NCBI RefSeq assembly: GCF_964204645.1
Contig: NC_134030.1
Coordinates: 1,719,355-1,783,354 of the forward strand
Direction: 5' to 3'
Source of the DNA: Tubulanus polymorphus
Taxonomy: Eukaryota > Animalia > Nemertea
DNA length: 64,000 bases
Position 1 is the stretch's first letter; each line of letters begins with the position of its first letter. A model generated the notes under the pieces. That model worked only from the letters and a program-made list of their open reading frames with translations, searched no databases and was not told the DNA's origin. A program made the position numbers and the translations under genes. This document shows positions 53,030-64,000 of this stretch, one piece after another.

Positions 53030-54036
53030 TTGAAACCCGGGTTCATTGTTGCGATTCAAACTCTGCTGGAAATTTCGAATGCGTGCGAAAAATTCACTCG
53101 ACCAAAGATAGAAATAATAGATGGTTATTTACCACTAACTGTCCCCCGCGCCTCGCTCCGCGGGCCCCGTGCGTCATAGTTAGATCTGTCTATTATTTCT
53201 GTCTCTGGTTCAGTAACCTTTTCGCGTGCGTTCGATGTTTATCGCGTTTTTCCGACAATAAGCCACAGATTCGACGACTATTGAATTCAGGTTTGTGAAT
53301 TCACGCTTTGATAATTCGGGACAATGAATGACAGTGTGAGATAGAGACAGGTTGCATCGATACTCACTCGTGATCTCGCTCGAAGTTTTATGAGTTAAGT
53401 GGGGTTAACTGCATTTTGACCCGACGAAATTGATTGTTTCATTTGTTGTAAGAAATTGAGCATTATTTTGTCGAATGGGATATTTTTCCTTTTAATTTGT
53501 TGTGAACGATTTCGTAGGTCCTTCAGATCTTCACTGGACCAGCAGTAAACGATACTAATTATTACTTAAAAGTGATTTATATTATAAAACTGTCGAGATT
53601 TTCAAATTGAATCGATACCAATATTGCCATCTTCAGAAATACTCAAGCACCTGTTTCAGCATTCCTGGATATGACCAAGAGGATAAAGTTATAATTTTGA
53701 ATGAAATACAATAGCTCAAAGGAAACATTTCAGACTCTTTTTATACTTAGTGTGCAGGGATTTTATATTAACTTTACAACACGGACTCAGAATGTTTTAT
53801 CCATGGTTATAATGAGGACAACATCAGTATTCCTGAAGTTGACCATTAAGGATAAAGTCTAAACGTTGAATAAAATACACTTCTTCAAGGAGATCATTTC
53901 AAACTATTCTTATTCTTGTGCATGGATTTTATATCATCTTAACAACTCAACACTGTGAAGAGTGTTTCATTATTGGATGTTCAGAATCTTTTTCTCAGAC
54001 AAAATTAGCGGCAGCTCCGCACAGTTTACTGAAGCC

Positions 54037-54511
54037 AGTGGTCCTGGTGCTGTCTGGAGAATGAACAGGAAATGTCCCGGGTTCGAACCCTGTTATTCCT
54101 GACAGTATTCAGAGAATTCCTAATGCTGGATAGAGGATGTACAGGGTGGTCCCGGGTTTCGAATCCAGTAATTACTGACACTGACTCGGAGTGGTCCTGA
54201 TGCTGAATAAAGGATGTACAGGGGTGTCCCGAGTTCGAACCCACTAATAACTTGTACTTATTCAGAGTGGTCCTGATGCTGAATAGAGGATATACAGGGG
54301 TGTCCTGAGTTTGAACCCAGTAATTACTGACACTGATTCAGAGTGGTCCTGATGCTGAATAGAGGATGTACAGGGGTGTCCCGGGTTCGAACCCAGTAAT
54401 TACTGATACTTATTCAGAGTGTGGTCCTGATGCTGAATAGAAGATGAACAGGGGTGTCCCGGGTTCGAACCCAGTAATTACTGACACCGACTCAGAGTTG
54501 TCCTGATGCAC
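54037..54511. repeat. About 78-bp minisatellite (array 2)
   Basis: Same unit as 51455-52105. Confidence 0.93.
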
Positions 54512-54754
54512 TCAATATTCGGCTGCAGGTATAGCCTTGGGATACCCCTTATTTATAGAAGTGTGATTATTTCCAAAGTTTGGTCTCGGGTATGTTGAAT
54601 CATCAACTGAAGCGCTTCCATGATGTATTGAAGAACAAAATGAATATAAAAAGTAGGAGTGTTTTTGTTTTTGATCATCGATCAAAGTTATAATTTATTA
54701 ATTTTCATATATTACATGATGTGGAATCAGTAGTTTATCCACCGTGGAATCAGT

Positions 54755-54937
54755 TTATCCACTGTAATCGCGATTTCTGTATTTCTTATATCCTTCGGAA
54801 TACCCGCGACGAGCGAGATCACGAGCGATTTCTTCTTCAGTAGAATCATCAACTGCAGCTTTAGCGTTCACCATCGACCACAAACAGATCACTAACAACA
54901 TGATTGGAAGTAAACTTCTCAACATTTTCATCACCAT
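54755..54937 (-). CDS. Secreted prepropeptide, copy 2 (identical protein)
   Basis: Tandem duplicate at +2409 bp; non-coding exons 55078-55139 and 55387-about 55410; TATAAA 55433-55438. Confidence 0.8.
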   Translation of the reverse strand: MVMKMLRSLLPIMLLVICLWSMVNAKAAVDDSTEEEIARDLARRGYSEGYKKYRNRDYSG

Positions 54938-55432
54938 TGACGCTAAAAATGAGATTAAAGTGAACGTTTCATTATCATCGATATAATTGCTTAATTCTAG
55001 AGCCGGAAAATTATTTGTACTTTTTAAACGTCACAAGATTGATTAATGTATAACGTGAAATTACAATCATAACTTACCGATCATTTTAACAGTTGTTTTT
55101 TTTCGACAAATCACAGATTTATACGAGCAATTTACGAACCTAAAATAAAGATAAATACATCGGTGATGTTTGGACTGATTTTCAGCAGTCGTCACAAATA
55201 TCCACACACATCTCTAAACCAACATCTGGTTCTAGGTAAAATTAGCAGAATTAAACAGATACAATTTTCTACAATATTCGTCAGAAATTTGAAATAATTT
55301 CTCGTAGATTATATCTCCAGAAACAACAACTAAATCATCAGATCAATCTTGACTCAATGATTCATACAGCATCAAAATCAACTTACCTTCGAAACGATTC
55401 CGAGTCGATGAAATGTTGATGAAACTGGTCGG

Positions 55433-55438
55433 TTTATA
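55433..55438 (-). promoter_or_regulatory. TATA box of peptide gene copy 2
   Basis: Same context as copy 1. Confidence 0.6.
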
Positions 55439-56445
55439 TTGAAACCCGGGTTCATTGTTGCGATTCAAGCTCTGCTGGAAATTTCGAATGCGTGCGAAAA
55501 ATTCACTCGACCAAAGATAGAAATAATAGATGGTTATTTACTACTAACTGTCCCCCGCGCCTCGCTCCGCGGGCCCCGTGCGTCATAGTTAGATCCGTCT
55601 ATTATTTCTGTCTCTGGTTCAGTTACCTTTTCGCGTGCGTTCGATGTTTATCGCGTTTTTCCGACAATAAACCACAGATTCGACGACTATTGAATTCAGG
55701 TTTGTGAATTCACGCTTTGATAATTCGGGACAATGAATGACAGTGTGAGATAGAGACAGGTTGCATCGATACTCACTCGTGATCTCGCTCGAAGTTTTAT
55801 GAGTTAAGTGGGGTTAACTGCATTTTGACCCGACAAAATTGATTGTTTCATTTGTTGTAAGAAATTGAGCATTATTTTGTCGAATGGGATATTTTTCCTT
55901 TTAATTTGTTGTAAACGATTTCGTAGGTCCTTCAGATCTTCACTGGACCAGCAGTAAACGATACTAATTATTACTTAAAAGTGATTTACATTATAAAACT
56001 GTCGAGATTTTCAAATTGAATCAATACCAATATTGCCATCTTCAGAAATACTCAAGCACCTGTTTCAGCATTCCTGGATCTGACTACGAGGATAAAGTTA
56101 TAATTTTGAATGAAATACAATAGCTCAAAGGAAACATTTCAGACTCTTTTTATACTTAGTGTGCAGGGATTTTATATTAACTTTACAACACGGACTCAGA
56201 ATGTTTTATCCATGGTTATAATGAGGACAACATCAGTATTCCTGAAGTTGACTATTAAGGATAAAGTCTAAACGTTGAATAAACTACACTTCTTCAAGGA
56301 GATCATTTCAAACTATTTTTATTCTTTTGCATGGATTTTATATCATCTTAACAACTCAACACTGTGAAGAGTGTTTCATTATTGGATGTTCAGAATCTTT
56401 TTCTCAGACAAAATTAGCGGCAGCTCCGCACAGTTTACTGAAGCC

Positions 56446-57050
56446 AGTGGTCCTGGTGCTGTCTGGAGAATGAACAGGAAATGTCCCGGGTTCGAACCCT
56501 GTTATTACTGACACTGATTCAGAGAATTCCTAATGCTGGATAGAGGATGGACAGGGGTGTCCCGAGTTTGAACCCAGTAATTACTGATACTTACTCAGAG
56601 TGGTCCTGATGCTGAATAGAGGATGTACAGGGGTGTCCCGAGTTCGAAGCAAGGAATTACTGGCACTGATTCAGAGTGGTCCTGATACTGAATAGAGGAT
56701 GCACAGGGGTGTCCCGAGTTCGAACCCAGTAATTACTGACACTGATTCAGAGTGGTCCTGATGCTGAATAGAGGATGTACAGGGGTGTCCCGGGTTCGAA
56801 CCCAGTAATTACTGATACTTATTCAGAGTGTGGTCCTGATGCTGAATAGAAGATGAACAGGGGTGTCCCGGGTTCGAACCCAGTAATTACTGATACTTAT
56901 TCAGAGTGGTACTGATGCTGAATAGAGGATGTACAGGGGTGTCCCGGGTTCGAACCAAGTAATAACTGATACTGATTCCGAGTGGTCCTGATGCTGAATA
57001 GAGGATGTACAGGGGTGTCGGGTTCGAACCCAGTAATTTCTGTGAACTGA
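56446..57050. repeat. About 78-bp minisatellite (array 3)
   Basis: Same unit as 51455-52105. Confidence 0.93.
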
Positions 57051-59007
57051 TGTGAGGACAGCTTTACCCTATTGTCTACGATCCTGCTTGGGAGAAATAG
57101 TGTAACCACACGATATGTTGACGACTAAAAAGCACTATTTCGTTTATTATTAAAATTACGTATATTATTAATTATGTGGAATATGGAATGCAAAACGAGG
57201 TAAATTAGTAGTTCATATGTGATAAATATAGGTTAGATTTAGGACTGAGTTTGTGGTTACATTTTGAAATAAAAAGGGTATTCTGAAATCATTTTCCCCA
57301 TGAGTCCAAGTTATTTCGTTTGAGAATAAATTGATTTTTTTCTTTCTGAGTATGGGCTTCACTAGGGATTGAGATTGAGATTGAGATTGAGATTGAACTA
57401 GACTAGATCCTCTTTCCTTTATCGGAATTCCAGATGGTCGCTACGCACTATAAGTAATCGAAAAAATGCCTGACTTGTTTCTAGGTTGTTGACACCTAAT
57501 CGATCAATATTCTACTGTTAACATCTGGTTCGTTAAGTCCTGCTGATTTTAATACGTTGTCTATCGCATTTTTTCACTCGGATGTTGAAGTTCTTTCGTT
57601 TTTCGAGCTCTTTTCGGTCAAGGGTTGATTCAGTATGATTTTGAATCTATATTTTGCGTAGTCGATTCATCTCTAAATTGAGAAAATAGTCAGGTAGAAC
57701 AAGGCACATTTTTACAAGATGATTTTAAACAAAGAGCACATAATTCTTCAAGATGTTTTTCTTTTGAAAATTACAGCAAAAAAAGCAGATTTTCAAAATT
57801 TCAGAATGCCCTTTTTGCCTTTTCGTGCTAACCCTCGACAGTGTCCCTGGATCCGCCCCTGCCACCGGGTGGTCGTCCCCATTGTTCCTGGACGCTGAGA
57901 AGTGACAACCCTTCGTAGGATTCTACGATTGATAAATATTAACACTTCTTGAATGGGAAATACAAATCACGATTCAAAGCTTAGAATACTTTTGAACTAT
58001 TGTTATATTTGCCATCTTTTGTTAAGAACAATGTTTGTAAATGTGTACTTTTTGAATGAATGAATAAATTTCCTCAAATGTATAATACATAGTTACATAA
58101 ATAATTAGTATACATAATTACTGAATCTATACATTCAAGCAGGATATTCCCTATGCTCTGCGCAAATTGTTTTTTTGTGGGCAATAAAATATGAATGAAC
58201 GAAAGAAATACCATGACTGAACTGTGGTAACTATTTTCACCACTATGAAATGAATGCCGCCGTTTCTTTTTCAGACCCGTTATCAATCTGAAAACGGACG
58301 ACATCGAGATGACGCGATGGTCACCAGTCAACGAAAGATAGAAATGACGTGTTTATAATTCTTTTATTCCGATTCTCCATTCGATAAATGGCACCCAGAA
58401 AGAAAACTTATTTGAAAATATTACCTTTTGGAAATACAAGAGAACGAGCTTATGAATTTAAATGTTTTGCTGTCAGTTGATTATTTTTCATTTTCCTGTA
58501 AAATTCCAGGGTAACTTGACTTTTTAAGAGAGGGAGCGCTCCCCATGGATCCTGCGCTGGAACGGCCCAGCAGTAAAGGATAACTCAATCAACAATCCTC
58601 CGCTAACAATTTACGTAAGTCCCAGTCTTCATCAGAATCCTTGCCAAAATAAAGTGCCCAAATCGGATTGATATTTCTTCCTTTGAGCAGTTTATTGTCA
58701 TAGAATTCGTTAGAATCTTAAACAAAAACACTTAAAACAGGTCAAGATAACATTTCGATGTATACATTGAAACACTCATGAACTCTCGTCCTCTCATCAC
58801 ACACCTCGTCGAAGGGAAGGTCTATAAATCCATGTAATGAAAAGCAAATAAGACGTCATTCTAAAAAAGATTTCATTGGTTACATTTATTTCTTTGATAA
58901 AACATCACTTCATTCGATACAATAAATTGAGCATAAGGCAATATTAATTTCTCAAGAACCACTGTTCTGTAGAACGATAAACACACTCAAACGTGGTGAA
59001 CGGATAA

Positions 59008-59220
59008 TAAGATAAAAACCCACTATCTACAGATTAAAAGAATTTAAAAACAAGAATTTATTAATTCAATCTAAAATATATAGAATACACGACGTTGCGA
59101 TCACACCCGACGATGATCTCTAGTCTGAGATCGAAACGTCATGTATTTTATATATTTTAGATTGAATAAATAAATTCTTGTTTTTAAATTCTTTTAATCT
59201 GTGTGGGTTTATTATCTTAT
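59008..59220. mobile_element. Long palindrome, probable Penelope-like element remnant with a degenerate hammerhead motif
   Basis: About 85-bp near-perfect inverted arms; centre CCGACGA-t-gatctc-tagtct-gagatc-GAAAC at 59107-59137. Confidence 0.5.
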
Positions 59221-59333
59221 CACTGTTCTATGTAGAACTATGGTTCAGTTGATCCTCTAGAACCAAGATTTTATGTAGAACTATGGTTCAGAGGGATCCA
59301 CGGTTCTTTCATCAATTTACGTTGATCTCCGAT

Positions 59334-59525
59334 TTATTGTGAATCGCCGCTATTGGTTTCAATATATTTCTCAACCTCGTCTCTACTCGATAGGATACAG
59401 TCGTTAACTCCGACTCCTGTGTACGACGAGCCCAACAAACTCAACGGTAAATCATTATCCTTCACGTAACTAAACGCATCGTCCAGTATCACAGAATGTC
59501 CAACATTATACTGAGCTATACAATC
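59334..59525 (-). CDS. PPOX: PPOX terminal exon
   Basis: DCIAQYNVGH...GSSYTGVGVNDCI...SQ*. Confidence 0.93.
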   Translation of the reverse strand, partial: DCIAQYNVGHSVILDDAFSYVKDNDLPLSLLGSSYTGVGVNDCILSSRDEVEKYIETNSGDSQ

Positions 59526-62500
59526 CTACAACGTAATTATATGATAAATTATTACTTAAAAGCGCTTTATATTATAAATCCGTCAAAACTCTAAAGATTT
59601 TGAAAAACTCTAAAGCTACTAAAGATTTTGAAATTCAATCAATACCAATATTGCCATCTTCAGAAATACTCAAGCACCTGTTTCAGTATTCCTGAAGATG
59701 ACTATTAGGATAAAGGTACAACGTTGAATCAACTACAATAGCTCAAAGGAAACATTTCAAACTCTTTTTATTGTTAGTGTGCAGGGATTTTATATCAACT
59801 TTACAACCCGGACTCAGAATGTTTTATCCATGGTTATAATGAGGACAACATCAGTATTCCTGAAGTTGACCATTAAGGATAAAGTCTAAACGTTGAATAA
59901 AATACACTTCTTCAAGGAGATCATTTCAAACTATTTTTATTCTTGTGCATGGATTTTATATTATCTTTACAACTCAAGACTGTGAAGAGCGTTTCAATAT
60001 TCGCTGTACAGAATATTTTTCTGAATGGAAATCTAAATCTGAATGGAATTTCAAAATGGAAAATATATTTTCGAACTGATGAAAAAAGAGAATGGTTTTG
60101 ATGAATTTATACCTTGTTGATGGTGACTTGAACATTGAGTGGATCTTTATCAATTCCCAGTTGATTATTCAATTCCTGTAGAGCTAATTGTTCTAAATGT
60201 TGACTAGAAACTTGATCGGGATCGCCGAAAAATTCTTCAAACCACGAACCTCCCATCATTACCTGAAAATTAAAACAAGTCTCAAGTTTGATCGAGGACA
60301 CAATTTAGTAGTGAATATGATCAAAGTGGATCTAGGGACCTTCCCACTGAGGTTGCCCTTCTTTTTGTCAAGACAGATATAGTTAAAACCATTGAATCTG
60401 ATCCACGCGGAATTTGCATCTTTTACGGTGGATTTCCTAAAAAATATCTTAACACCGACGGTGGGATTTATATCTGAGAAATGTATTTTCTTTCTTCTTC
60501 TGAACCTTGGCATTCCAATTTTCCAAGGGCCACCCTCGATACGTCTATGTCGGCAACAGTCGAAGTAGTCTTTGAACCCGCAGCTGTCAAGATGATGGAT
60601 CTATGTAATTACTTGACTATACATAACGTAGTTTATATTATGGGAAAATAAAGTCAGTTGTCTTATGATGTTGATTCAGTAAAGACGTGTTCCCCGCCGG
60701 TTTTACTAATCTTATCTTACGGACCTGGTCCAAATAAGTGGCAGCGCAGCCCACAGTCTATCTGTTACTGTGGATACTTACAGTAAGCCTTGTTGACGGA
60801 CGGTCAGTTCGATCGTGTTCAGGAAACAAACAAGAATCATAGATAACACCTAGAATATTTGAAGGTTCAATCGAGGGAACGAGATGTCCAAAACCCTGAA
60901 ATACATCAAACACACATTCAGCGTTAAACATAACTCAACTGAATAGTAATGACGGGAGAGGGAGAGTGCCCACTTGTTTGCCATCTCACAGGATCAATAA
61001 ATTATCTCTAGAGAATTCCAGTGCAGTCCGAGCCACAATAGGTCATTATATGAATAAGTTTGAGTAGGAAAATCTTTAGATATTTTTATGTGATAATGAG
61101 TGGCAATCCTCCATGTCAAGCACAGTCCAGGACATGTAATAACCATAGGCAATCAGCTCTTCCATGGCAAGCACAGTCCAGGGCATGTAATAACCATAGG
61201 CAATCAGCTCTTCCATGTCAAGCACAGTCCAGGGCATGTAATAACCATAGGCAATCAGCTCTTCCATGGCAAGCACAGTCCAGGGCATGTAATAACCATA
61301 GGCAATCAGCTCTTCCATGTCAAGCACAGTCCAGGGCATGTAATAACCATAGGCAATCAGCTCTTCCATGTCAAGCACAGTCCAGGGCATGTAATAACCA
61401 TAGGCAATCAGCTCTTCCATGTCAAGCACAGTCCAGGGCATGTAATAACCATAGGCAATCAGCTCTTCCATGTCAAGCACAGTCCAGGGCATGTAATAAT
61501 CAAAAAAGATTATGTGATGTTTCTTATTGAACTGGGGAAAGTATGAAACATCGGTAAAACAATACCTTGAACGGTAAAACCTCTCCATCATATTCGATAT
61601 TCAATGTCGCCACGGTAACGAACGGTATTTTACTCAGAGTTCGACTCAAATCACTTTCCGGTAAAATCTTCGACAATATATTCGAAGGGACTGTTGAAAA
61701 TAGATGCGCGCCTTCGAATTCACCTTTCGACGTCATCAACTAAAAATACAATTCAATTCCACAAATTTACAACAAATGTTTTTCTCCAGGGGCCAGTTGC
61801 ACAGTCGTGACTTAAGTCCAAAAGTGGTCTTAAATCTTAAGACTTCTCTTAAATTATTGGATTGGCTATAGAACTAAGTTGGTCTTAGACTGGTCTTAAG
61901 TCTAAGCCATGACTATGCAACCGGCCCCCAGGGTTTTAAGAGATCATTAAATCAAGCATTCCCTGATATATCCCTCGGATTTTCACATGAGGAAAATTTC
62001 TTTGATTGAATTCCTTGTGCCACTAATCACCAACAAGAACAACAAGACACCAAAAATTCAAATTCCCTGATTGAATTATAAGATATCCTCAGTGAGGGCT
62101 GCTTCTGATCAAGAGGTTCCTTGTGCCACTCGTCACCAGCAAGAACAACAAGACACCAAAACAGTCAAATTCCCTGATTAAATTATAAGATATCCTCAGC
62201 GAGGGTTTTTTCTTGTCCAGGATCCAGTTCCACAGTTGTGAGTTAAGATTTAACTCTGAGTTTACTCATTGAAAATGAACTAATTCTAACTCAGAGTTAA
62301 CTGTAACTCAGAACTGTGGAACTGAGTCCAGAGGTTCCTTGTGTCACTCATCACCAGCAAGAACAACAAGTCATCAAAAATAGATAGAACTCAATCAAAT
62401 TTGATTAGAGTTCTATGAAAAATCCAAGTTCCCTGACTTTTCCCCTGGTTTTTATTAAGAAGAGTCAAAACTGGGAATAAATCTAGAATTCCCTGATTTA

Positions 62501-63936
62501 CGGTGATCTTAACGAACTCTGATCACTTCGAAAGATAAGTTTTCAATCGATCTTACTTTGACAGTTTTAGTGTCGTCGTTGAAGGTGATATTTCTACACG
62601 GAGCTTCAGTAACAATCTCAACGTTAGAATCGCGTAAACTTTCCGCGATCGTTTCGCTTAATTGTTGAATTCCATTCTTTAATGACCAAACGGACCACAT
62701 TTCCTTCCTGGATCGAATCACCAATTCACTACGACTGGAACATTGCGGACCTACAAACAGAAGTTGTAGATTTTGTGGTTTCAAAATGATAAATTCTTTC
62801 GTATAATTTAATTGGAATTGTTGGATTTATTTAAAGAAGTAGTAGATTTCATCATAATTCATCACATATCTCATACCAGACACGGGTTTGGGAACAACGG
62901 CTAGGTACTAGACTATTGGTCCCCTAGAACCATTTACTACTGAATTCTAATCATATGGACTCAGTTCCACAGTTGTGAGTTATAGTTAACTCTGAGTTAA
63001 AATTAGTTAACTCAGAGTTAAGTTCCACAGTTCTGAGTTATAGTTAACTCTGAGTTAGAATTAGTTAACTCAGAGTTAAATGTTAACTCACAACTGTGGA
63101 ACTGGATCCTGGGGCCGGTTTTATAGACTGGTATTGCCCTTAACGCGGAGCTAACTCTCAATTGATAATGAATTGTGTAGAGATGTATGAAACCTTTTCA
63201 CTCAAATTGTCACCTGCTTTTCTCGATTTGATCATCCCTCTGAACACGGAACCGTGAAGTTGCTCGTGTTCAAATAGAGTCGGAGCTACAGATTTAATAC
63301 TTAAATTACGAATATCACCGGCATAAATTCCTCTAAACACTGCATCAGCCGCAAACTCAGCCAACTGAAATAAATAGAAATAACAAACCTGCGATGAACT
63401 CTGGTAATGGATTCAGGTTTAGTTAATTACTCTGGACCCAGTAACTCAAAACTGTGGGCTCCGCAATGAATTACACTGTCAAGACTTTAAGACCAGTCCA
63501 ACAGATAGCACGGATTTGACTACATAATGGCTATGTCCCTTTCTAAGACCATCTTAGTTCCAAAGCGTACGTAACAACTTTAGACTCAGGAATTAAGGCC
63601 ACTTCTAACTCAGTCACATTGGGACTACCCTAACATCATCTTGGTTCAGTTGCTTGAGAACAAGTCTAATGATTTTTGACACCCTTTTGGAATGTGCAAC
63701 TGGTTCCTGCATCCTAATCATTGGTGGTAAATTGTGAAAAAGTCCGGTTACTGACCAGATTCAAGTGAAACGATTTTCTTTGTTTCTCACCTCAGAACCA
63801 ACTCTACGAGAAATGAAATTATACACAGAATCATCGCTCAATGGTGGATCAGGAGCTGGGATGTTTCGTTCCTTCAGTATATTCCAGATTAAAGCCTGAC
63901 TGAACGGTGCATTCGTTCGGAATAGATTAAAGAATC
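59334..63936 (-). CDS. PPOX: Protoporphyrinogen oxidase (5' part lies beyond the window end)
   Basis: Exons 63791-63936, 63214-63364, 62557-62750, 61566-61739, 60782-60895, 60113-60262, 59334-59525, all GT-AG and in phase. Motifs DDSVYNFISRRVG, RGIYAGD, WSLKNGIQQL, GFGHLVPS..ILGVIYDS, VMMGG, CIAQYNVGH, GSSYTGVGVNDCI match eukaryotic PPOX/HemY. Confidence 0.96.
60113..60262 (-). CDS. PPOX: PPOX exon
   Basis: VMMGGSWFEEFFG...VTINK. Confidence 0.93.
60782..60895 (-). CDS. PPOX: PPOX exon
   Basis: GFGHLVPSIEPSNILGVIYDSCLFPEHDRTDRPSTRLT. Confidence 0.93.
61110..61500. repeat. 57-bp intronic minisatellite, about 7 copies
   Basis: tccatgtcaagcacagtccagggcatgtaataaccataggcaatcagctct-type unit. Confidence 0.95.
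61566..61739 (-). CDS. PPOX: PPOX exon
   Basis: LMTSKGEFEGAHLFSTVPS...VTVATLNIEYDGEVLPFK. Confidence 0.92.
61790..61928. mobile_element. Harbinger-type MITE in PPOX intron
   Basis: TIR gggccagttgcacagtc / gactatgcaaccggccc, CAG TSD. Confidence 0.75.
62221..62328. mobile_element. Harbinger-type MITE (a relative lies at 62958-63108)
   Basis: TIR gatccagttccacagtt / aactgtggaactgagtc, CAG TSD. Confidence 0.75.
62557..62750 (-). CDS. PPOX: PPOX exon
   Basis: ...EMWSVWSLKNGIQQLSETI... Confidence 0.92.
63214..63364 (-). CDS. PPOX: PPOX exon
   Basis: LAEFAADAVFRGIYAGDIRNLSIKS...; phase-1 donor gcag|gtgac fits the next acceptor. Confidence 0.92.
63791..63936 (-). CDS. PPOX: PPOX exon
   Basis: ...DDSVYNFISRRVGSE|gtgag. 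Confidence 0.92.
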
Positions 63937-64000
63937 CTAGAAAATGAAATCCATACATATATCAATGTTGTTTTCAATCTTTTAAATAATAGTAATAATT

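Noticed and set aside
53083-53298. 71-aa + strand ORF duplicated at 55492
   Set aside because: Non-ATG start in the upstream region of the peptide gene; conserved only because the duplication is recent.
61060-61591. Three overlapping 19-aa-repeat ORFs
   Set aside because: 57-bp minisatellite inside a PPOX intron.

Overview
AT-rich, intron-containing animal genomic DNA, probably from an invertebrate (inference). Four parts. (1) 15.8-32.6 kb (+): an unannotated gene with nine coding exons. All splice sites are GT-AG and phase-consistent, giving a 336-aa low-complexity, probably nuclear orphan protein that the ORF track largely misses. Its introns hold a decayed DIRS-type retroelement, satellites and MITEs. 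(2) 1-8.4 kb (-): a head-to-head scrambled mosaic of paralogous exon copies of that gene. Several copies have lost individual introns precisely (ex1+2, ex1+2+3 and ex5+6 fusions). (3) 33-51 kb: minisatellites, hairpin arrays, pseudo-exons and MITEs. (4) 51.4-57 kb: two near-identical tandem copies of a 3-exon, TATA-driven gene for a 60-aa secreted prepropeptide (signal, acidic pro region, RR, Tyr-rich peptide, terminal Gly), set between arrays of a 78-bp B-box minisatellite. The last seven exons of protoporphyrinogen oxidase (PPOX, - strand) follow at 59.3-63.9 kb. All calls come from reading the sequence by eye; no searches were run.
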